Numbered from the stretch's first letter, positions 38,660 through 48,626 are shown. The stretch: DNA of 64,000 nt from an uncultured Oscillospiraceae bacterium (GCA_902490585.1 CABUEI010000004.1:2361-66360); one strand, 5' to 3'. Notes: generated by a model from the sequence alone, not told the origin. Translations and numbers: made by a program.

Positions 38660-40384
38660 TCAATCGTTGAACTTAGCCATAAGCTCCTTGATAAGCTCCT
38701 GAACCTTGTCTGCCGTTTCCTCAACGGGAACCTTGTAAGAGAAGCTCTTATCCCTTGCAGAGATCTCACAGCAGTTATCCTTCAGGTTTCTGGGGCTTAC
38801 GATAACTCTCAGCGGTACGCCGAGAAGGTCTGCGTCAGAGAACATAACGCCTGCGCTTACCTGTCTGTCGTCATAGATAACCTCGGCACCTGCGTTCTGT
38901 AAAGCGTCATACAGCTTATCTGCACAAGCCTTTACTTCTGCGTCATCTGAACGTACAGCGCAGATATGAACCTGCCACGGTGCGATAGGCATAGGCCAGA
39001 TAGGACCGTAATCATCGTGGTGAGCCTCGCATACAGAAGCCGCAAGTCTGCCGACACCGATACCGTAACAACCCATGATAGGTGTCTTTTCCTCGCCGTT
39101 GCTGTCAAGGTAAGTCATACCCATAGTCTTTGTGTACTTTGTGCCAAGCTGGAATATGTTGCCGACCTCAATACCTCTTGAAATAGAAATTGAGTGCTTG
39201 TGGCAGTTGGGGCAGATACCGCCGTCAAGGATCTTTGCAAAGTCGTGATATTCAACATTGCCGCAGTCACGGTCGATGTCAAGACCTGTGTAGTGATATT
39301 CTTCCTTATTTGCGCCGCAGGAAAGGTTGTTTGTATTCTGAAGAGAAGTATCAAACAGAACGGTCATATTTTCGGGAAGACCTACAGGTCCGATATATCC
39401 TGCGTTAAGACCGCATTCTTCTGTGATTACAGCGGGGTGTATCTCACAGCCGAGGAAGTTACGGAGCTTCGTTTCGTTTACATCAATGTCGCCTCTTGTG
39501 AATACGACAATATAGCTGTCATCGGCATTTCTCTGGTATACAACTGCCTTACAGCTCTTTTCCTTAGGCGTGTGTAAAAAGTCACATATTTCTTCAATTG
39601 TATGGATATTAGGAGTATGAACAAGTTCCATAGGTGCGGAAACTTCATCTCTGGTGTTCTCGATAATGCTGTCTGCGGCTTCCATATTCGCATTGAAACC
39701 ACATTCGTGACAGCTTGCTATTGTATCCTCGCCTACGGGTGTAAGGAGCATGAATTCGTGCGAAATACTACCGCCCATCATACCGGAATCGGACTTGACC
39801 GAGATTACCTCGGGAACACCTGCACGTCTGAATATGTTTTCATAAGCCTTGTGACACTTATCGTAATACTGCTCAAGATCTTCCTGCGATGTGTGGAAGG
39901 AGTAAGCGTCCTTCATTGTGAACTCGCGTACTCTGATAAGGCCGCCTCTCGGACGAGCTTCATCACGGAACTTTGTCTGTATCTGATAAATCATGAAGGG
40001 GTACTTCGTGTAGCTCTTGCCGTATTCACGCACAAGATGCACAGCGGCTTCCTCGTGTGTCATACCGAGTACCATAGGCATTCTGTTGCGGTCTGTGAAA
40101 CGTAACAGTTCACTGCCGATGCTTTCGTATCTGCCTGATTCCTGCCAGAGTGAAGCGGGCATAACAACAGGGAACTGTACTTCCTGTCCGTCTATCTTGT
40201 CCATTTCTTCTCTGATGATCTGTTCAATCTTCTTTGTGATTCTCTTTGTGGGCGTGTATGACGAGAAGATACCGTTAGCCATATACTTGATATAGCCGCC
40301 TCTCACCATAATTGCGTGGCTGTCAATCTGACAGTCCGAAGGTCTTTCTTTAAAACGGTCGCCGACCAGCTTGTCGAGTTTCAT
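38660..40384 (-). CDS. proS: Proline--tRNA ligase (bacterial type with editing domain)
   Basis: The ORF track begins at 40525, inside the leader. ATG 40384 (MKLDKLVG…) with AGGAGG 8 nt upstream is preferred. Class II aaRS motifs, an INS editing domain and a C-terminal anticodon-binding domain. Confidence 0.85.
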   Translation of the reverse strand: MKLDKLVGDRFKERPSDCQIDSHAIMVRGGYIKYMANGIFSSYTPTKRITKKIEQIIREEMDKIDGQEVQFPVVMPASLWQESGRYESIGSELLRFTDRNRMPMVLGMTHEEAAVHLVREYGKSYTKYPFMIYQIQTKFRDEARPRGGLIRVREFTMKDAYSFHTSQEDLEQYYDKCHKAYENIFRRAGVPEVISVKSDSGMMGGSISHEFMLLTPVGEDTIASCHECGFNANMEAADSIIENTRDEVSAPMELVHTPNIHTIEEICDFLHTPKEKSCKAVVYQRNADDSYIVVFTRGDIDVNETKLRNFLGCEIHPAVITEECGLNAGYIGPVGLPENMTVLFDTSLQNTNNLSCGANKEEYHYTGLDIDRDCGNVEYHDFAKILDGGICPNCHKHSISISRGIEVGNIFQLGTKYTKTMGMTYLDSNGEEKTPIMGCYGIGVGRLAASVCEAHHDDYGPIWPMPIAPWQVHICAVRSDDAEVKACADKLYDALQNAGAEVIYDDRQVSAGVMFSDADLLGVPLRVIVSPRNLKDNCCEISARDKSFSYKVPVEETADKVQELIKELMAKFND

Positions 40385-40387
40385 TGC

Positions 40388-40636
40388 ATATCCTCCTGAA
40401 TTCCGGGCATAAAAAAAGCCCGAAGCATTAAATTTGCTTAGGGCGAAACTTTGTTCCGTGGTACCACCTAAATTCGGTATAACCGCACTTGTATCTCTGT
40501 AACGGGAGAAACCGGTAACACTCATCGTGTACAGCTCAAAGACGGGTTCGATAAAACCTTGTCGGGAGCTTGCACCAACCGCTCTTTCTCTGTGACGCAG
40601 ATTTATCTACTGTTTCTTGTCATAGCTTTTCTGTAT
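40388..40636 (-). promoter_or_regulatory. T-box riboswitch leader of proS
   Basis: The minus-strand RNA contains the AGAGA motif, the T-box sequence AAUUUAGGUGGUACCACGG and a terminator (GCCCUAAGCA…UGCUUCGGGC + U7) directly upstream of the proS ribosome-binding site. The candidate specifier is a Pro codon (CCG/CCC) within …GCUCCCGAC…. Confidence 0.75.
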
Positions 40637-40642
40637 GGTATT

Positions 40643-40671
40643 ATTTTAGCACAGAGGAGAGGGATTGTCAA
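40643..40671 (-). promoter_or_regulatory. Sigma-A promoter of the proS T-box leader
   Basis: On the minus strand: TTGACA, 17-nt spacer, TAAAAT. Confidence 0.55.
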
Positions 40672-40685
40672 GGGGGAAAAGGGAA

Positions 40686-40712
40686 CACCGCAGAGCATTT
40701 CCTCTGCGGTGT
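40686..40712 (-). terminator. Terminator hairpin after the flavodoxin gene
   Basis: accgcagag / ctctgcggt 9-bp stem followed by a U-rich tail. Confidence 0.55.
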
Positions 40713-40753
40713 TTTACGGAGTATGTTTGTATTATGTTTGTCGTTAGCAAATT

Positions 40754-41176
40754 TTAGGAAGCAAGTGCCTTACCGAGTTCAACGCACTGTTCTGTAGCTG
40801 TATCATCGGGAGCTTCGTTGCAGATAACGCCTTCGCCTGCCATTACAGCACCGTCAGCGATGCACTGTTCTTCCCAGTTTCTCATCCATTCGCCGTCGCC
40901 CCAGCCGTAAGAACCGAAAAGTCCTACCTTCTTGCCGGAAAGCTTTGCTTCACAAGCGTTGAACATAGGCTCAAACTCGCTGTCCTCAAGCTGTTCACTG
41001 CCCACAGAAGGACAACCGAAAGCGATAGAATCGAACTGGTCAACCATGTCTGCTGAGATGTCAGCTGCTGTGAATACGCTTACTTCTGCGCCTGCGCTCT
41101 TTGCGCCTTCTGCAACAGAGCCTGCCATAGCCTCTGTGTTACCTGTTCCGATCCAATATACTACTGCTGTTTTCAT
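40754..41176 (-). CDS. Flavodoxin (short-chain)
   Basis: 140 aa; FMN phosphate-binding loop WIGTGNTE; acidic flavodoxin fold. Confidence 0.85.
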   Translation of the reverse strand: MKTAVVYWIGTGNTEAMAGSVAEGAKSAGAEVSVFTAADISADMVDQFDSIAFGCPSVGSEQLEDSEFEPMFNACEAKLSGKKVGLFGSYGWGDGEWMRNWEEQCIADGAVMAGEGVICNEAPDDTATEQCVELGKALAS

Positions 41177-41214
41177 AATAAATAATCCTTTCGTTCTGTT
41201 GAATTTTCTTTATA

Positions 41215-41775
41215 TTATGCAACCGTAAGTTGCATGATACTCCTACCGTTCGCCCACAGTTTTCTGTAGACGGCTCTGCACTTATCAAATCTTGCAAATG
41301 TGCGTATAGCCTTGCACTCGTTGCAATAAACCTTCCAACAGCCTGTGCATCTGCTGTTCTTGCCGGCGTTATCAATAAATCCGATAACGTCACCGAGCGG
41401 ATATCCTAAGAATATTCCTATCTCATGCGGGAAATCCTCGCTGTTTGTAAGCTTCTCCCTGAGTATATCAGTACAATCTCCGATATCCGTATTTTCATAT
41501 CCGTGCCGTTTCATGAATCTTGCAACACCCGGTCTGCTGAAATCCTCACTGAGACGTTCAGCCCTGTACACATATATAAGAGCCGTGTTTTCACGTCTTC
41601 TCAGTACCGTTACCGTAATTCCCTTACCGGACAGCTCATCGTTCCAACGTTTTACTGCCGTTTCAAGTTCGTCTATGTTGCTGTATCTGTAGTTGAACAG
41701 ATTAGCGGTTTTAAGCGATGCAAGAGTAGGGGAGCAGTTGTCAATCAGATACTGCTCGAAACAGCACCTGTTCAT
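41215..41775 (-). CDS. Hypothetical protein (DUF3793-like) with a C-terminal CxxC-x4-CxxC motif
   Basis: 186 aa; C-terminal CTGCWKVYCNEC motif. The start overlaps the upstream gene's stop by 4 nt (ATGA). The family assignment is recalled from memory, not searched. Confidence 0.5.
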   Translation of the reverse strand: MNRCCFEQYLIDNCSPTLASLKTANLFNYRYSNIDELETAVKRWNDELSGKGITVTVLRRRENTALIYVYRAERLSEDFSRPGVARFMKRHGYENTDIGDCTDILREKLTNSEDFPHEIGIFLGYPLGDVIGFIDNAGKNSRCTGCWKVYCNECKAIRTFARFDKCRAVYRKLWANGRSIMQLTVA

Positions 41776-42062
41776 ACTGCTGCACTTCTTTCTGCTAAAA
41801 GCTGTGATAATGCTACTACACTGCTGCTGTGAACTCTTGCCACAGGAACGCTGTTGCGCCTTGCTTCCTGAGTAGCGCTCAGCATCATCTTATGTGATAC
41901 CGTATTCGTAAACAGTATCAGTAAATCGGGAGTACCGACTTTCTTTTTAAGTGAACTGTTTTCCTTAACGAATACCTTAGCTTTATCGTAACCGTAAGCC
42001 TTGCATATATCCGCATAGCGTGTTTCCATACGCTCGTTGCCGCCGATTATTACTACGCTCAT
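41772..42062 (-). CDS. Hypothetical small protein (DUF2325-like)
   Basis: About 96 aa. ATG 42062 (MSVVIIGG…) with GAAAGGAAC upstream is preferred over 42086. Translationally coupled to the next gene. Confidence 0.5.
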   Translation of the reverse strand: MSVVIIGGNERMETRYADICKAYGYDKAKVFVKENSSLKKKVGTPDLLILFTNTVSHKMMLSATQEARRNSVPVARVHSSSVVALSQLLAERSAAV

Positions 42063-42207
42063 ATATCTGTTCCTTTCTGTTGTCACTGTGTTAGTTAAAA
42101 CTAACCTTATCCGTTTAAATAAACGGCTTTTATGCCGTTTACAATATCAAGTTGTCCTATGATAACTGTGTTAGCTTTAGCTAACTGTATATAGTTTATC
42201 ATACGCT

Positions 42208-43110
42208 TTATGTTTTGTCAATAGGATTCTGATAATTTTTATAAAATTTCTTTGCTTCAAGTACAAACTCATGAGCCGGTTCGCCTTTAATAAGTTTTTT
42301 TGAGTATATTCCCATTGATATCGGTGCAACACCCTCTATTTTAATATACGCAACATCATCATCTTGCATATACGGAGTTATAGGAAATGCTGTTATTCCA
42401 AGCCCGGACTTTGCCATTGCAAAAGCCGCCTCACAACCGTCTGCAAGCAGTACATTGTTGCTGTTTGGCATACCGAGTTTCATATATCCGTCAACTGCCG
42501 CATCCGGACACTTATGCCTTTTAATAAGTACAACACGCCTGCCGTTTATATCATTGATATTGACGCTCTGATTTTTTGCCAGAACATCATCTTTACTGCA
42601 TATAAGCATAACAGGACATTCGATAAGAGTAGTGAAACACTCAGCTTTAGGTGTTTCGTCCTCTGATTTTAATGCAAAGATAAGCTGTACCTTGTTCTTT
42701 TCAAGCAGGTTATCAAGCGATTTGAACGGCATCATAGTAATTTCCGGCTCAAAATTCGGGTATTTTTTACCCATGATGCTCATTACAGGAACTGTCACAT
42801 CAAGCTCAAACTGATTATGCACGCCTATTGCGAGAATTTGCTTCTTTTCCTTTACGTTCGCACTCAGTCTGTGTATAGATTCCGCCGCAGTTCTTACTAT
42901 AGTTTCAGCATCACCGATAAAGCTCAGCCCTTCTTTCGTTAGCTGTACGCTCTTGTTTGTGCGTAGAAACAGTCTTACGCCAAGTTCCGCTTCAAGTGAA
43001 GAAATCTGGTGGCTTACCGCAGGCTGACTTATGTTTACCATGCTTGCCGCCTTTGAAAAGTTAAGCGTTTCCGCAACTGCGAGGAAACATTCAAGCTGAG
43101 TAGTGTTCAT
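42208..43110 (-). CDS. LysR family transcriptional regulator
   Basis: N-terminal HTH (…LNFSKAASMVNISQPAVSHQISSLE…) plus a substrate-binding domain; GGAG ribosome-binding site. Confidence 0.85.
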   Translation of the reverse strand: MNTTQLECFLAVAETLNFSKAASMVNISQPAVSHQISSLEAELGVRLFLRTNKSVQLTKEGLSFIGDAETIVRTAAESIHRLSANVKEKKQILAIGVHNQFELDVTVPVMSIMGKKYPNFEPEITMMPFKSLDNLLEKNKVQLIFALKSEDETPKAECFTTLIECPVMLICSKDDVLAKNQSVNINDINGRRVVLIKRHKCPDAAVDGYMKLGMPNSNNVLLADGCEAAFAMAKSGLGITAFPITPYMQDDDVAYIKIEGVAPISMGIYSKKLIKGEPAHEFVLEAKKFYKNYQNPIDKT

Positions 43111-43248
43111 AAAAATCTCCTTTTTTAATTAACGATAAACGTTCTTTATTGATTATAACATATTTGTATTTTACTTTCAAGACCGTTTGGTGTATTATTA
43201 TCAAAGGGCTAAACTGTTAGCACATTACTGATAAGGAGGTTAACTGTT

Positions 43249-43722
43249 ATGAACGAAACCGAAATTCAGACAATGATGATCGATAACAAGACGATAAACC
43301 AGCGTATCGAAAACAGCCTGAATGTGATTTTTGCGGATATTGACATTACGGCGGCACAGGGCAGAGTGCTCATGTACATTGCAAACAGCCCCGATAAAGA
43401 CATATTCGCCGCCGACTTGCACAAACACCTGTGTATTTCGAAACCATCCGTTTCCGCCCTTATAAAGAAACTGAGAAAATCGGGATATATCAGCTGTACA
43501 AGTTGCGAAAGCGACGAACGCTATAAAAACCTTACCGCTACCGATAAAGGCAAAAAAGTTGCCGAGCTGATTTCACAACACATGAAAAATATCGAACTTG
43601 CGGCATTCCGTAATTTCACGGATAATGAACTGAACGAATTCATGCGGCTTCAGAAAAAGCTGCTGAACAATATAGACAATATAAATACAGATAAACTGAA
43701 AACAGAAAGGATGACGGATTAA
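43249..43722 (+). CDS. MarR family transcriptional regulator
   Basis: Winged HTH; AGGAGG ribosome-binding site; directly precedes the ABC pair. Confidence 0.75.
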   Translation: MNETEIQTMMIDNKTINQRIENSLNVIFADIDITAAQGRVLMYIANSPDKDIFAADLHKHLCISKPSVSALIKKLRKSGYISCTSCESDERYKNLTATDKGKKVAELISQHMKNIELAAFRNFTDNELNEFMRLQKKLLNNIDNINTDKLKTERMTD

Positions 43723-45467
43723 GTGAAAGAACTTCTTAAACAGGTAAAACAATACAAGAAAGACTCTCTGTTTGCACCGTTCTATTCGGCACTCGAAGTA
43801 GTTATGGAGGTAATAATCCCTTTCGTAATGGCTATGCTGATAGATGAAGGCGTAGAAAAGGGTGATATGAACAAGATTGTGTTCTACGGTGTACTTATGA
43901 TAGTTCTCGCTATGATAAGTCTGTTCGCAGGCATGATGGCAGGTAAATACGCCGCCAGTGCATCTACAGGCTTTGCCTGCAATCTGCGTGAAGCGATGTA
44001 CAGGAACATACAGCGTTTCTCATTTTCAAATATCGACAAGTTCAGTACAGCAGGACTTGTAACCCGTATGACAACTGACGTAACAAATGTACAGAATGCA
44101 TACCAGATGATTATAAGAATTGCCGTAAGAGCACCTCTTATGCTGATAAGCAGTATGGTTATGTGCTTTGTTGTCAATGCTGACATGAGTTTCATTTTCC
44201 TCGGTGCTATAATCTTCCTTGCGATTATCCTTGCGATAATCATGCTTAGGGCTATGAAGATATTTGATGTAGCGTTCACAAAATACGATGACCTGAACGC
44301 AAGCGTACAGGAGAATATCTCGGGTATCAGAGTAGTAAAGTCATACGTCCGTGAGGATTACGAGAACGATAAATTCAAGAAAGCCTCCGGTAATCTCTAT
44401 AAGATGTTCCAAAAAGCTGAAAGCACTCTTGCTTTCAATAACCCTGTAATGATGCTTGTAATCTATGCCTGCATCATGGCAATCTGCTGGTTCGGTACTA
44501 AGTTCATAGTAGGCGGAACATTACAGATAGGTGAGCTTACATCACTGTTCAGCTATGTTATGGGTTCGCTTATGTCGCTGATGATGCTTTCAATGATATT
44601 TGTTATGATTACCATGAGCACGGCAAGTATGCGCCGTATTTCCGAGGTCCTGCGTGAAGAACCGGATCTTACTGAGCCTGCCGCTCCTGTAGAAATTATC
44701 GCTAACGGCAGTATTGATTTCGATAATGTACATTTCAGATACCACAAGACAAGCGAAGAAGAGGTACTCACCGACATTAACCTTCACATAAAATCCGGTG
44801 AAACAATCGGTATAATCGGCGGTACAGGTTGCGGAAAAACGAGCCTCGTTAACCTTATTAGCCGTCTGTACGATGTTCAGCAGGGAAGTGTAATGGTTGG
44901 CGGTGTCAACGTAAAGGATTATGATATGAAGTTCCTGCGTGACCAGGTATCTGTAGTTTTACAGAAGAATGTGCTGTTCTCGGGTACGATCCTTGACAAT
45001 CTCCGTTGGGGTAATGAAAACGCTACCGAGGAAGAGTGCATAGAGGCTTGCAAGTGGGCTTGCGCAGACGAATTTATCGAGCGTTTCCCCGATAAGTATA
45101 ATACCATGATCGAACGTGGCGGTACAAACGTATCCGGCGGTCAGAAACAGCGTATATGTATAGCAAGAGCACTTCTCAAAAAGCCTGCGGTACTTATATC
45201 CTCGATGACTCGACAAGTGCAGTCGATACAGCTACAGACGCAAAGATAAGAGCGGCATTTGCAAAGTGCATACCCGGTACAACCAAGATAATTATCGCAC
45301 AGCGTATATCAAGTGTACAGGATGCTGACCGCATAGTTGTTCTTGATGACGGCAGAATAAACGGCGTCGGAACGCACGATGAGCTCGTTGCCAATAACGA
45401 GATCTACAGAGATATATACGAATCTCAGACAAAGGACGGCGGCGACTTTGACCGCCCCCAGAATTAA
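43723..45467 (+). pseudogene. ABC exporter ATP-binding/permease subunit (degenerate-site half) disrupted by a 2-bp frameshift inside the Walker B region
   Basis: ORF 43723..45249 ends just after …KPAVLI. ORF 45156..45467 in the +2 frame continues LDDSTSAVD…AQRISS. An extra AT within TATATC at about 45195-45199 breaks VLILDDS. Confidence 0.7.
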
Positions 45468-45485
45468 GGAAAGGAGCGTAACGTA

Positions 45486-47393
45486 ATGGATAAAAGAAAA
45501 ATGGGACCCCGTCCCGATGTTTCACCGAAGGAACAGGTAAAACTGCTCGGCAGAATTATTAAATACACATTCAGCCGTTATAAATTCTCGTGCATCTGCG
45601 TAGTTGTATGTATTCTTGTGCAGGCGGTCTCAACGCTTGTAGGAATGCTTTTTGTACAGTCGCTTATCGACGATTATATCAAGCCTATGATTGCGGCTAA
45701 AAGCACAGACTTCACACCTCTTGCGTTTGCAATGCTAAGACTTGCGATTGTTTACGTTGTCGGTCTTGCGGCATCTTATGCGTATAACAGGATAATGGTA
45801 AACGTAGGACAAGGTACGCTCAGAAACTTCCGTAACGACCTTTTCACAAATATGGAAAAGCTCCCGATAAAGTATTTTGACACACACCAGCACGGCGATA
45901 TTATGTCGGTTTATACAAATGATATTGATACATTCAGACAGTTTATCTGTCAGAGTATACCTCAGGTGATAAACTGCGGTACTACAGTTATAATCTCGCT
46001 TGTTTCTATGCTTATTATGAGCATACCGATGACGATACTTGCCGTAGGTATGGCGGTCGTAATGCTTGTTGTAACCAAGAAGCTCGCCGCAAAATCAGGT
46101 AAATATATCGGTAAACAGCAGCACGATCTTGGCGAGGTCGATGGCTTTATTGAAGAAATGCTTGACGGTCAGAAGGTAGTAAAGGTGTTCTGTCACGAGC
46201 AGGAGGCAATAGACGATTTTGTAAAGATAAACGATAACCTAAGAAACAGCGCATATAAGGCAAACAAGTATGCAAATATCCTGATGCCGATAAACGCCAA
46301 TATAGGCAACATCAGTTATGTTTTATGTGCGTTGCTCGGCGCAGTGCTTGCAACAAACGGCTTCGGCGGTCTTACTCTCGGTACTATTGTTTCATTCTGT
46401 ACTCTCAACAAGAATTTCACAAACCCGATTTCACAGCTAAGCCAGCAGATGACGTTCGTGATAATGGCTTCAGCAGGTGCAAAGCGTCTGTTTGATCTTA
46501 TGGATCAGAAGCCTGAACACGATGACGGTTATGTTGAGCTTGTAAATGCTGAAATTGATGAAAACGGTAATATTACCGAATCGGATCATCGTACTGGCAA
46601 ATGGGCATGGAAGCATCCTCATCAGGCAGACGGTACCGTTTCTTATAAAAAGCAGGAGGGCGGTATCGTATTCGACGGCGTTGACTTCGGTTACACCGAT
46701 GAAAAAATGGTACTGCACGACATAAAGCTTTATGCAAAGCCTGGTCAGAAGATTGCATTTGTCGGTTCGACAGGTGCAGGTAAAACCACAATCACAAACC
46801 TTATCAATCGTTTCTATGATATTCAGGACGGTAAGATAAGATATGACGATATCAATATCAACAAGATAAAAAAATCTGAACTGCGTAAGTCGCTCGGTGT
46901 TGTTTTACAGGAAACCAATCTGTTTACAGGTACGGTAATGGATAATATCCGTTACGGTAAGCTTGACGCTACCGATGAAGAGTGCATAGCCGCCGCAAAG
47001 CTTGCAAATGCCGACAGCTTTATAAGAAGACTGCCTGACGGCTATCAGACAAAGCTTACGGGTGACGGCGCTAATCTCAGCCAGGGTCAGCGTCAGCTGT
47101 TATCTATAGCAAGAGCCGCAGTTGCAGATCCGCCCGTACTTATTCTCGATGAAGCTACATCTTCAATTGATACTCGTACTGAAAAGCTTGTACAGGCAGG
47201 TATGGACGCACTCATGCACGGCAGAACAACATTTGTGATTGCTCACAGACTGTCAACTGTCCGTAACTCAGACTGTATCATGGTACTTGAACAGGGCAGA
47301 ATTATCGAGCGTGGTACGCATGACGAGCTTATAGAAAAGAAGGGTAAGTATTACAGCCTGTACACCGGTAACTTTTCGGAGGAAACTGCCTGA
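45486..47393 (+). CDS. ABC exporter ATP-binding/permease subunit (consensus-site half)
   Basis: Walker A GSTGAGKTT, Walker B LILDEATS, H-loop AHR, degenerate signature LSQGQRQ; paralog of 17101..18945. Confidence 0.85.
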   Translation: MDKRKMGPRPDVSPKEQVKLLGRIIKYTFSRYKFSCICVVVCILVQAVSTLVGMLFVQSLIDDYIKPMIAAKSTDFTPLAFAMLRLAIVYVVGLAASYAYNRIMVNVGQGTLRNFRNDLFTNMEKLPIKYFDTHQHGDIMSVYTNDIDTFRQFICQSIPQVINCGTTVIISLVSMLIMSIPMTILAVGMAVVMLVVTKKLAAKSGKYIGKQQHDLGEVDGFIEEMLDGQKVVKVFCHEQEAIDDFVKINDNLRNSAYKANKYANILMPINANIGNISYVLCALLGAVLATNGFGGLTLGTIVSFCTLNKNFTNPISQLSQQMTFVIMASAGAKRLFDLMDQKPEHDDGYVELVNAEIDENGNITESDHRTGKWAWKHPHQADGTVSYKKQEGGIVFDGVDFGYTDEKMVLHDIKLYAKPGQKIAFVGSTGAGKTTITNLINRFYDIQDGKIRYDDININKIKKSELRKSLGVVLQETNLFTGTVMDNIRYGKLDATDEECIAAAKLANADSFIRRLPDGYQTKLTGDGANLSQGQRQLLSIARAAVADPPVLILDEATSSIDTRTEKLVQAGMDALMHGRTTFVIAHRLSTVRNSDCIMVLEQGRIIERGTHDELIEKKGKYYSLYTGNFSEETA

Positions 47394-47456
47394 GGCGTAA
47401 GCCACCGCAACCCTGTTCGCCTTTCTTGAGGAGGCAGTTTGTTAACATCTATACAG

Positions 47457-47487
47457 AATCCGCTGTTTTTATAACGGCGGATTTTCT
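47457..47487 (+). terminator. Rho-independent terminator after the ABC operon
   Basis: atccgctg / cggcggat stem (one G·U), 9-nt loop, TTTT. Confidence 0.6.
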
Positions 47488-47644
47488 GCATTAACATATC
47501 AAAACGGGTCAAGGCGATGTTGGTTATTGTGTTATTTTAATATAAATTATTCGCTGCCGTTTCATTCTTACCATTACACCCTATTGCCAACCGACCTTAT
47601 TTATGCTATCATTACATAAAGATTTACCCGAAAGGAGAACGCTT

Positions 47645-48613
47645 ATGAGCGATAAATTATATATCCCTTCAAACCCGAATGCACAGCAGGGTGTACGCAA
47701 TGTGCTTAAATATCTGTCTGATATAACCTACGAAAAAATCATAACCGGACAGCATACGCAGACTATGGCGCAGGAAGAGCTTCATCTTATAGAAAAGGTC
47801 ACAGGAAAACAGCCCGCACTTCTCGGTTTTGAACTGTTGTCATATTCGCCGAATATCAATTATACCGATACTGATGAAGAGTGTATGACCGAAGTCACCG
47901 AGAATTACGGTACGCTTAAAAGAGTGTGGGAGTGGGCAGAGAAGAAAGGGCTTATCACTATGTGCTGGCACTGGTTCTCTCCGCTTTACGGCAGGTCAAA
48001 ATCGTTTTTCAGCGAGAATACCGACTTTGACGCAAGCAAGGCTGTAATTGACGGTACACCCGAAAATAAAGCTCTGCTTTCGGATATGGATACAATGGCA
48101 GGAATACTCCGACCCTTCTGCGAAAAGGGCGTGCCGATTTTGTGGCGACCCTTTCACGAGGGCGACGGCGATTGGTTCTGGTGGGGCAAAAAAGGAGCGG
48201 ATACCGTTAAAAAGCTGTTCCGCCTTATGCACGACAGATACACGAATAAATTTCATCTTGACAATCTTATCTGGGTGTGGAACTCGCAGGTTCCTGAGTG
48301 CTACCCCGGTGATGATGTCGTGGATATCATATCAAGGGATATGTATCCGCCTGAACACGAGCATACCTCGCAGAGCGAAATGTATTATAACCTCTGCGAG
48401 ATTACAAGTGCGAAGAAAATAACGATTATCGGTGAAACAGGCACGTTGCCAAGTCCCGAAGCGGTAGTTTCCGAAAAAGTCGGCTGGTCGTCCTATATGA
48501 CCTGGTCAAAACCGTTCTGCCTTACCGAAAAGTTCAACACTCACGAACAGCTTAAAAAGGTATATAACAGTGAGTTTGCCGTAACAAAGGATAAACTTCC
48601 TGATTTATATTGA
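47645..48613 (+). CDS. Glycoside hydrolase family 26 (beta-mannanase-like), cytoplasmic
   Basis: ATG 47645 with AAAGGAGA upstream. GH26-type WRPFHE catalytic-acid motif and WVWN near the nucleophile region. No signal peptide. Confidence 0.6.
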   Translation: MSDKLYIPSNPNAQQGVRNVLKYLSDITYEKIITGQHTQTMAQEELHLIEKVTGKQPALLGFELLSYSPNINYTDTDEECMTEVTENYGTLKRVWEWAEKKGLITMCWHWFSPLYGRSKSFFSENTDFDASKAVIDGTPENKALLSDMDTMAGILRPFCEKGVPILWRPFHEGDGDWFWWGKKGADTVKKLFRLMHDRYTNKFHLDNLIWVWNSQVPECYPGDDVVDIISRDMYPPEHEHTSQSEMYYNLCEITSAKKITIIGETGTLPSPEAVVSEKVGWSSYMTWSKPFCLTEKFNTHEQLKKVYNSEFAVTKDKLPDLY

Positions 48614-48626
48614 TAAAGGAGCAAAT

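Noticed and set aside
40525-40797. proS ORF-track start at 40525 and small ORFs at 40559..40747 and 40570..40797
   Set aside because: This region is the T-box leader and promoter of proS. There is no ribosome-binding site, and the conserved T-box sequence and terminator precede the real proS start at 40384.
45156-45467. 103-aa ORF called as an independent gene
   Set aside because: It is the C-terminal NBD fragment (Walker B – D-loop – H-loop) of the frameshifted ABC gene at 43723..45249, not a separate gene.
47393-47445. Long imperfect hairpin (aaactgcct…aggcagttt) right after the ABC operon stop, as a terminator
   Set aside because: The loop is very large (~40 nt) and there is no U-run. 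The compact hairpin + TTTT at 47457-47487 is the better terminator.
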